Source of the DNA: Fonticula alba ATCC 38817
Lineage: Eukaryota; Protista; Nucleariida
Assembly (NCBI GenBank): GCA_000388065.2
Contig: KB932205.1
Direction: 5' to 3' (one strand)
DNA: 6,740 nt
In this document: piece by piece, positions 1 to 6,651 of the stretch
How the letters are laid out: every line of letters starts with the position of its first letter
How positions within the stretch are numbered: the first letter of the stretch is position 1
The notes under the pieces: generated by a model
The model's input: the letters and a program-made list of their open reading frames with translations, nothing else
What the model was told of the DNA's origin: nothing
Database searches by the model: none
Position numbers and translations under genes: made by a program

Positions 1-93
1 CCCCCAACTCCTGTTTTATCCCGCACCACGCGCCCGGGGACGGAACCCGCCACACGAACCCGTCCGGTGTCGTCTCCCATCCCCGGGCGTCGA

Positions 94-112
94 GGGGGGG
101 AGGGGGGGGGGG
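94..112 (+). repeat. G7-A-G11 purine tract (potential G-quadruplex)
   Basis: Sequence GGGGGGGAGGGGGGGGGGG can supply four G3+ runs. Folding is inference. Confidence 0.6.
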
Positions 113-232
113 CGCCGGGCGCGCCCTGTTTGTGCGGGGTCCCGGTGTCCCCCCGTGCTGGGGCGGCTGGTCTGCGGCACGGTTTCAGGTCCGCATGGTT
201 GGCGACGCAGACCGCCTGCGGGGCCATTGGTT

Positions 233-270
<38 letters not shown>
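233..270 (+). repeat. C11 run followed by (CT)14 microsatellite
   Basis: C run 233-243; CT dinucleotide repeat 243-270. Confidence 0.95.
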
Positions 271-273
<3 letters not shown>

Positions 274-300
274 TTGAGCACTCTCACCCTTTTTTTCGAC

Positions 301-384
301 GTGCGCCCGCTCGTTGCCGCACTCCAGCTCGCTGCTCCCCGCCTCTGCCGCACCTGACGCCCCCGTCGCCCGACACGCATAAAG
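301..384 (+). other. Candidate 5'-UTR intron (84 nt)
   Basis: GTGCGC at 301 (same as the intron 3 donor), CTGACGCC at 354-361 (same 8-mer as in introns 1 and 3), AAG at 382-384. The pyrimidine tract is weak and the transcription start is unknown. Confidence 0.3.
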
Positions 385-435
385 CCATTTTTGTGGGGCC
401 CCCTCACCACCCGAGGCCCGTCCAATCTTTGGTAT

Positions 436-472
436 CCCCCCCCCCCCTCCCCGCCCCCTCCACCCTCCCCCC
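436..472 (+). repeat. C-rich low-complexity tract upstream of the start codon
   Basis: C12 (436-447) followed by several short C runs, ending ~30 nt before the ATG. Confidence 0.85.
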
Positions 473-498
473 ACTTGCGCACCCTTGACCCGGGACTA

Positions 499-505
499 AT
501 CATGG
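499..505 (+). promoter_or_regulatory. Kozak-like initiation context (atcATGg)
   Basis: A at -3 (499) and G at +4 (505) around ATG 502. Confidence 0.6.
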
Positions 506-603
506 CCCGGAAGAGGGCGGCATGGGTCGGCGCGCGGCGAGCACTGCTCCTGCTGCTCGTCTCGCTCGGCCTCCTCCTGCACCCGGTGCCCTCCCTGCCC
601 GCG
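502..603 (+). other. Predicted N-terminal signal peptide
   Basis: Basic n-region MARKRAAWVGARR, h-region ALLLLLVSLGLLL, then HPVPSLPA. Cleavage is probably near aa 31-35; the exact site was not computed. Confidence 0.85.
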
Positions 604-1861
604 GCCCTTGTCGATCGCTCCCAGCCCCTGGCCGCCGGGGCCTGGCCTCTGAGCGATGGGCTTGACCTCCATGTGGAGGCCCTGTCCATTGATGGCCCGG
701 CCGTGGGATGGGCCCTCGACATGACACACAAGCAGGTTTCCTTCTATGGCGAAGTTGCCGATGTCAATGCCGCCGATGAGCCGCGGCTGGGGGTCCATTT
801 CAGCTCCTCCGGCTTGATGGCCTCCTTCGCCTGGACTGGTCCCGCCCCTGACCGGTGGCTGGCAGTGCCCACCCCCAGCGCGGTTCCCCTGCTGTTGGCC
901 ATCTTTCCCGATGGCATCCAGGTGGTGGGGCCTGGCCAGTTTTCTCCCTACTCCCCGGGAGCGGGGTTCTCCACGCTTGCCGCCCTCCTCCATGGCACCG
1001 AGCTCCGGGTTGTGGTCGCCGCTCCGGATGGCACCCTGTCGCTGGTGACCCTGGGCCCTGGCAGCCCGAGCGCCGTGGAGCTGGGCCCACGGGACGGACT
1101 CCTGGCGCCGCGCGCGGTTGCCGCCCCCGGTGGCAACTTCTTCCTCTTCACCGGTTCCACTCAGGTGCGCTTTTTGGACGCCACCGCCATGACGCAAAGT
1201 GCGGTCATCGATATTCAGGCCGCGGCGGCCGGCGTCCTGGCCATGGCGCATGTGCGGCTGACGGTCCGAAGCCCGACGGGCAGCAGCAATGAGGCCCTGG
1301 CGGTGCTCCTCGACAATGGCATCCTATGTGTGTGCATCGGCTGGCAGGGGGCCCTCTGCACGGGCGGCCACGTGCAGGAGGAGCTTCCCTTCACCCTGAC
1401 CCCGGGGAGCGATGTGCGCTTCCTCAACCCGCCGGGGCTGGTGTCGGACCTGGCTCCGGAGCATCTTTTCCTGTTCGACGGCACGGACAGCCTGTGGGCC
1501 ATCGAGGTGCTGCCCTCGGCGCAGGGCCCCGACAACTCGAGGCTCGACATCACGCCGCTGCTGGTCCCCGGTGCGGCCGGCGACCTGGCCAGCTTGAGGA
1601 TGGTCCCCCTGAACTGGGGTCCGCCGCAGCACCTGTCCCTGAAAATGGTCACCGCCAGGCGCCTGCTCCTCAACCAGGAGGACTTCAAGTGCGGCACCGA
1701 TCCCTCGATTGCCTGCAGCTCCCGCGGCGATGCCGAGCTCCAGCATGGGCTTGGCTGGGCGTGTGCCTCGGGCCGGGTGCTGGCCCCGAACCACCCCTCG
1801 GGGGCCCTGTGCGCCGGCTGCTCCGATGGCCTCACCACTGAGCTGACTTCCACGACGACCG
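502..1861 (+). CDS. Exon 1: signal peptide + Cys-poor domain 1 + start of Cys-rich linker (aa 1-453 plus first base of codon 454)
   Basis: Part of track ORF 391..2193. First in-frame ATG is 502 (MARKRAAW...). The protein-like sequence ends at TTELTSTTT, directly before G|GTGCGT; downstream the frame becomes Pro/Arg low-complexity sequence. Confidence 0.88.
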
Positions 1862-4800
1862 GTGCGTCCCGGGCCGGCGGTCCTTTGCCCCGTCTTTCGC
1901 CCGCCTCCCCCCTCCCGCCCTGTGACTCCTGCCCTGGCGGCTTCTCTTGTCGGTGTGCTTGGCCCCGGTCCCGCCCCGGCCCCGGTCCAGGTCCTGCTCA
2001 CGATGGCCCGCCGCCCAGACTGACGCCTTCCCGCTGCCGGGTTTCCCTGCTCCCCCCCCCCTCCCCTCTCCCCCGCCACCTGGCCAAGCAGTGTCCTGTG
2101 TGGCTTGCGGCATGCCCGACTGCCGGGTGTGCAGCTTGTCCGGCTGCCTTGTCTGTGCACCGGGGTTCCTCCTGGCACATGGCACTTGCGTGAGCCAGTG
2201 CCCCCCTCCGTCGACTCGCGCCGGGGATCGCTGCCTGGGGCCGGGCCCCGAGCAGCCGCTGGCCCTGGCAGCCACCCGGAGCCCGGTGACCGTGGATGGC
2301 ATGCCCCTGCAGCAGGCAATTGGCCCCATCGCGCGGACACACATGCGCCCGGGCCCCGACGGCCAGGTGGTCATCACGGCCGGCTCGCTGGCCTTGCGCC
2401 AGTGGCTGCTGCTGGTGCCTTCGGCGGGCGCCACGCCCGCCAGGCTGGCCACCCTGCAGCCGACCGGCGAGCTGCTGGTCGACCAGTCGCCCGGGCTGGC
2501 CCTGCCGGTGGCCCAGCTCCACAGCTACCTGGAGCTCGGGCCGATGGTGGCCGATGGCGTGACCTGGCTCTTTGGGGTGGGCTGCTCCCAGGCCGGCGTC
2601 CTGACCATCACGCGCTTCGAGTGCCGGCTCCCCTCGTCGTCCGACTCGCAGGCCGCCAGCCAGTCGACCAGCCACGAGGGCGAGCCGCATTGCGTCGTGT
2701 CCATCGGGCCGCCGGAGCCGCTTCTCTCGGGCGGGAGCAGCGTTTGCCGGGTGCTGGCGCCCCTCGGCGACCGGGGCCAAATGGCCAGCATCCAGATGCA
2801 CGATTCACAGGACCGGATTTCCATCTACACCATCACGCTCAATCCCCTTGTGCCGGCCGGCTACCGGGTGTCGATGCTTTTGCATGGGACCTCGCCGCCG
2901 GCCATCTTCCCGCTGCCTGCTTCGTGGTCGTCGCCCGGCGACCCGTGGCTGCTGGAAGCCGGCGGCACCGGCACCGCCCTCAATCCCCTGCGGCTGCGCC
3001 ACAGTGTTGACCCGCGCGCCATGCTCCCGTGGGAGCACTCGGCCCCCGGCCCGGGCCTGGACCCGGCCCAGTTCGCCACGCACCGTCGGCCGGTTGTCCT
3101 CCCGACGCCGGGCCGCGGTCCGGATCATCCCAATGAGGTGCTCCTGTCCGGGGTCTACCCGGGCCCGGGGCATTTGGTGTGGGACGCGCAGCACATCCCC
3201 CTCGGGTCGCATGCCCATGCGCGGACGCGAGACCTGCCCACGTATGTCACCCTGCTGGGGGCCATCCCCGGGGCCGGTGTGCCCGGTCCGGGGCCGGAGT
3301 ATGCCCTCCTGGGGGTGGAGCTGCCCGAGCAGGCGGACCACCCGGCGGCCCTGGTCCTGGTGACGTCCAGCCACCTGGCCATCGCCCGGCTGCATTGCCC
3401 GGCGGATTTGGCCCCCGAGTGCTTCCTGCTCCGGGCCACCGTGCAGGCCTTGGGCCCGGGCGTCGGGCCGCTGGCCGGCCCGCAGCATGCGGTGGCCGTG
3501 GCGCTGCCGGCCCCGGGGCCCGGTGCCGGGGCCCTGTCCCCGGGGGCCCGGGCCGGCGATGGTCCTGCCGACCCCCCGGCCGTGGGGTTCCTGCTGGCCG
3601 GGGTGGGCCTGGATGGGCCGCTGCTGGTGACCCTGGGCGCGGTCGAGTGCTCGCCCGGGGAGTATGGCCCGGCCTGCGAGCCATGCGATGCGGCCTGCGC
3701 CGAATGCACCGGCCCGGGCCCGGACGCCTGTGTCGCCTGCTTCCTGTCGCTGCCGGACGATCCGGGCGCCTGCGTGGCCGAGTGTCCGACCGGCACGGTG
3801 CCGGGCCCCGGCGGCGGGGTGTGCGTCTGCGCGGCGGCCGGCTGCTCCGGCTGCCAGGGCACCGGCCCGGCCGGCGCGTACGAGTGCTCGGCCTGCGCCG
3901 TGGGCTTCGCGCCGGATCCCCTGCCGGGGGTGGCCTGCTCGCCCTGCCACCATGCGTGCGACGGCTGCTCGAAGCCCGACAGCCCGTTCTTTTGCCACGC
4001 CTGCGCCGGGGCCTTCTTCCTGGTCCCCGACGGGGGCGGCTGCCAGGCCGACTGTCCGGATGGCACGTGGAAGAACCCCGCCAACCATCGGTGCAGCAGG
4101 TGCATCGACAACTGCCAAAGGTGCACCTCGGCCGATGTGTGCGAGGCATGCTACCCGCGGGCCATCCTGGCCCCGGACCAGCGCGCCTGCCGCGCCTGCC
4201 ATCCCTCCTGCCTGACCTGCACGCCGGACGGCAGCTGCGACACCTGCCAGCCGGGGCTGGTGTTCTTGGAGCCGGATGGGCCGGGCGGCTCCCTGTGCGG
4301 GAATGTCTGCCCGCCGGGCGAGCATGTCGGCACCGACCGGTGCATGGCCTGCCACGGGGCGTGTGCCCTGTGTTCCGGGCCCGGCAGCACCCAGTGCCAG
4401 GTGTGCGCCGCCGGGTACCGGTGGGCCGGGCTCGCCCCGCGCCCCGGGGCCGCCGGCGAGTGTGTCGCCTGCCCGCCGGGCTGCGCCTCGTGCGACATGT
4501 CGGACCGGTGCCTTTCCTGCCTGGCGGGCTACTTCCTGGCGCCGGGGGCCACCTGTGGGCAGGCCTGCCCGGCCGGGCACTTCGCCGACCTGGCCGACGG
4601 GTCGTGCCAGGCGTGCGACATCTCCTGTGCCACCTGCACCGGGCCGGATGCCGACCAGTGTGACAGCTGCCCGCCGGGGCTGGGCCTGGCCCCGGTGGTG
4701 GCCGGTCTGGCCGGGGCCTGTGTGTCCGGCTGCCCGGCCGGGCACTACCGGGACCCGGTGTCCGGGGGGTGTGCCCCCTGCGACGCGGCCTGCGCCGCTT

Positions 4801-6651
4801 GCAATGGCCCCAGCGACCAGGACTGCTGGAGCTGCCCCCCGGGGCTGGCCGATGTCCTGCAGGATGGTGCATGCGTGCTGGCCTGCGCCGGGGGCCATGT
4901 GGCCGTGGCGCGCCGGTGCCTGCCCTGCCACGGGACCTGCCGCGAGTGCACCGGCACCCGGAGCACCGACTGCACCGACTGCCCGAGTCACCTGCTGGCC
5001 CTGCCGATGGGGGCCCCCTCGGCCGGGCGCTGTGTGGCCGGCTGCCCGGTGGGCTACCACTGGCAGCCGGGCGGGTGTGCCCGGTGTGCCGACCAGTGCA
5101 GCAGCTGCCCGGCCAGCCCGACCGCCTGCACCCTCTGCGACCGGGGCTGGCTGCTGCAGGGGCCCGGCTGTGTCAGCCAGTGCTCGCGCGGGTTGCTGCC
5201 GCTGAATGGCCAGTGCACCGTTTGCCATGGCACCTGCGGCACCTGCTTCGGCCCGGCGGCCGACCAGTGTGCCAGCTGCCCCGAGGGGTCGGGGCTCCGG
5301 CTGCACGGGGGGGCCTGCGTCGCGGCCTGCCCGGCCGGGACCTTCACCGAGGCGGCCACCTGCCTGCCATGCGATGGGACATGTGCCGAGTGCGCCGGGC
5401 CCGGGGCCCAGGGCTGCACGGCCTGCCCGCCGGGCCGGGTCCTGGCCACCTGGGGCGCCTGTCTGGAGGCCTGCCCGGCCGGGGAGTATGCCACCGGGGG
5501 CGGCCTGCCCGGCCCCGGCGCCGGCACCTGCCGTGCCTGTGATGGCAGCTGCGCCCGGTGCACCGGGCCCGGGTGGCAAGAGTGCACCGCCTGCCGGGGG
5601 GGCGACTTCCTGCACGCCGGGGCCTGCTTGGCGGCGTGCCCCGGGGGGCTGTTCGGCTGCCCGGGCACCGGCGGGTGCTCCGCCTGCCCGGAGCACTGCG
5701 CCGCCTGCCGGCCGGCAAGCGGCCCCCCCGGCGGCCCGCCCTGCCAGGCCGAATGCACTGCCTGCGCCCCGGGGTTCCACCTGTCGCCGGGGGCGTCGTC
5801 CTGCGTGGAGGCATGCCCGCCGGGGGAGTTCCTCCCGGCCGGCGGCCAGGCCTGCCAGACCTGCGACCCGGCATGCGCCTCCTGCGTCGAGAGGGCGGAC
5901 AATTGCACGGCCTGCGCCCGGCCCGGGGCCTGGCTGGACCTCGGCTCGGGCATGTGCTCTGGGGCCTGTGCCGGCGGCGGCGTTGCCCCGGTGGATTTCG
6001 GCCCGGCCGCCCTGCCGCAGCGCGTGTGCCTGCCCTGCCCGTTGAATTGCGAAGCCTGCCCGGTAGGTGGCCCTGCCGGCGGCGGCGGCGGCGGCGGCGG
6101 CTTGCCGCCCTGTGAGCTGGCCGCCTCCGGGCGGCTGGTCTGCCCGCCGATCACCGGCTGCGCCCGCTGCCAGGCCGGCATGCGCCTGATGCCGGAAGGC
6201 CCCGCCTCCCCGGCCCAGTGTCTGTCCGTCTGCCCGGCCAGGTACTTCCCGGCTGCCGCCGCGTCGGGCGAGGTGTGCACCCCCTGCCATGCCTCGTGCG
6301 AGCGGTGTGCCGGCCCGACGGCCGACGACTGCATCGGCTCCCCGGGCCGCAGCCCGCGGCGTGACCTCGGTGCGTGGCCCCGGCTCCTCCCCCCCCCCCC
6401 CCCCCCCCCTCCCTCGGCCTTTGGCCAGCCATGCGCCCACCTCCATACTGACCTGCTTTGGATCCCTGCTCGGGCGGTTGCCGGGGCAGCCCTTGGCCTG
6501 GGCCTTGGCCTGGGCCTGGGGCTCCTGCTGCTGGGGCTCCTAATCCTGTGGGCCTTGCTGCTGGTGCACCGGCGCCGGCGCAAGTGCCGGTGCTTCATCA
6601 CCCGGAGCAGCACCTGTGCGGCCCACGGCTCGAGCGCTGGCATGGAAGATG
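502..6651 (+). CDS. Large Cys-rich (furin-like repeat) type I transmembrane receptor-like protein, 3'-partial; join(502..1861,2092..6369,6490..6651), >=1933 aa
   Basis: Hand translation: ATG 502, signal peptide, stop-free frames in all three exons. GT-AG introns with CTGAC branch motifs join the frames correctly (1360+4278+162 nt). Splicing restores a continuous CxxC repeat across intron 1 and gives RRDL-ALGLGLG into a TM helix across intron 2. No stop codon within the window. Confidence 0.88.
1690..2234 (+). repeat. First Cys-rich (furin-like) cluster, 14 Cys, interrupted by intron 1
   Basis: Spliced sequence: CGTDPSIAC...WACASGRVL...LCAGCSDG...TTT|VSCVACGMPDCRVCSLSGCLVCAPGFLLAHGTCVSQCPPPSTRAGDRC. 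Confidence 0.8.
1862..2091 (+). other. Intron 1 (230 nt, phase 1, GT-AG)
   Basis: Donor G|GTGCGT at 1862, branch-like ACTGAC 2019-2024, C/T tract ~2043-2080, acceptor AAGCAG|TG. It shifts translation from the exon 1 frame to the exon 2 frame. Confidence 0.85.
2092..6369 (+). CDS. Exon 2 (4278 nt): end of Cys linker, Cys-poor domain 2, furin-like repeat array, juxtamembrane stalk
   Basis: Frame absent from the ORF track. Reads (V)SCVACGMPDCRVCSLSGCLVCAPGFLLAHGTCVSQCPPP ... CTPCHASCERCAGPTADDCIGSPGRSPRRDL with no stop and a strong G/C preference at third codon positions. Confidence 0.93.
3648..6332 (+). repeat. Array of ~18 furin-like / growth-factor-receptor Cys-rich repeats (895 aa, 140 Cys by hand count)
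   Basis: Recurring C-x2-C-x3-C-x2-C-x(5-10)-C-x2-C-xn-C-x3-C-P-x-G unit, e.g. CQACDISCATCTGPDADQCDSCPPG...CVSGCPAGHY, with some 6-Cys variants. Confidence 0.93.
6078..6101 (+). repeat. (GGC)8 coding microsatellite, poly-Gly8
   Basis: Eight consecutive GGC codons in the exon 2 frame. Confidence 0.95.
6370..6489 (+). other. Intron 2 (120 nt, phase 1, GT-AG; in-frame and stop-free)
   Basis: Donor G|GTGCGT at 6370 (identical to intron 1), C21 run 6389-6409, branch-like ACTGAC 6447-6452, acceptor GCAG| 6486-6489. Confidence 0.75.
6490..6584 (+). other. Transmembrane helix followed by basic stop-transfer motif HRRRRK
   Basis: 26 uncharged residues (A)LGLGLGLGLGLLLLGLLILWALLLV then HRRRRK; positive-inside rule gives N-out/C-in topology. 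Confidence 0.9.
6490..6651 (+). CDS. Exon 3 (162 nt): transmembrane helix and start of cytoplasmic tail
   Basis: Reads (A)LGLGLGLGLGLLLLGLLILWALLLV-HRRRRKCRCFITRSSTCAAHGSSAGMED, flanked by CAG 6487-6489 and G|GTGCGC at 6651/6652. Confidence 0.85.

Noticed and set aside
379-426. TATA-like CATAAA (~379) and CCAAT (422-426)
   Set aside because: These are short motifs in the wrong relative order, and the transcription start and promoter grammar of this organism are unknown.
391-501. N-terminal extension of track ORF 391..2193 (MWGPLTT...PPPP)
   Set aside because: It starts at TTG and translates a poly-C tract. ATG 502 has a good Kozak context and directly precedes the signal peptide.
1723-1731. 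RGD tripeptide in a Cys-flanked loop
   Set aside because: One RGD in ~1900 Arg/Gly-rich residues is expected by chance, and there is no evidence of an integrin context.
1988-2018. Other AG acceptors in intron 1 (CAG 1988-1990, CAG 2016-2018)
   Set aside because: They lie upstream of the branch motif and pyrimidine tract, and lead to stops (2191-2193, or immediately at 2021-2023).
1862-2091. Frameshift or pseudogene (homopolymer error at C10 2052-2061) as the cause of the frame change
   Set aside because: A canonical donor, branch motif, pyrimidine tract and acceptor join the frames cleanly and restore the Cys spacing, so an intron is the simpler explanation.
3648-6332. Assignment as PCSK5/furin, EGFR/insulin receptor or Giardia VSP; or as a DNA tandem repeat/CRISPR array
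   Set aside because: There is no subtilase catalytic domain, no recognisable receptor L domain and no VSP CRGKA tail. The repeats are degenerate at protein level with no conserved nucleotide repeat-spacer structure. No gene symbol is given.
2805-6446. 1213-aa minus-strand ORF
   Set aside because: It is in exact codon register with the sense exon 2 frame: its stop is the complement of the Ser codon TCA at 2805-2807. It stays open because the sense gene avoids TCA/CTA/TTA codons. The product is Ala/Gly/Arg low-complexity sequence with no motifs, so it is an antisense shadow.
6426-6451. Alternative acceptor CAG 6426-6428, which would give a TM-less secreted form ending AMRPPPY-stop
   Set aside because: It follows a strong pyrimidine tract, but there is no adenosine between the donor (6370) and 6426 to act as branch point; the CTGAC motif lies downstream of it.
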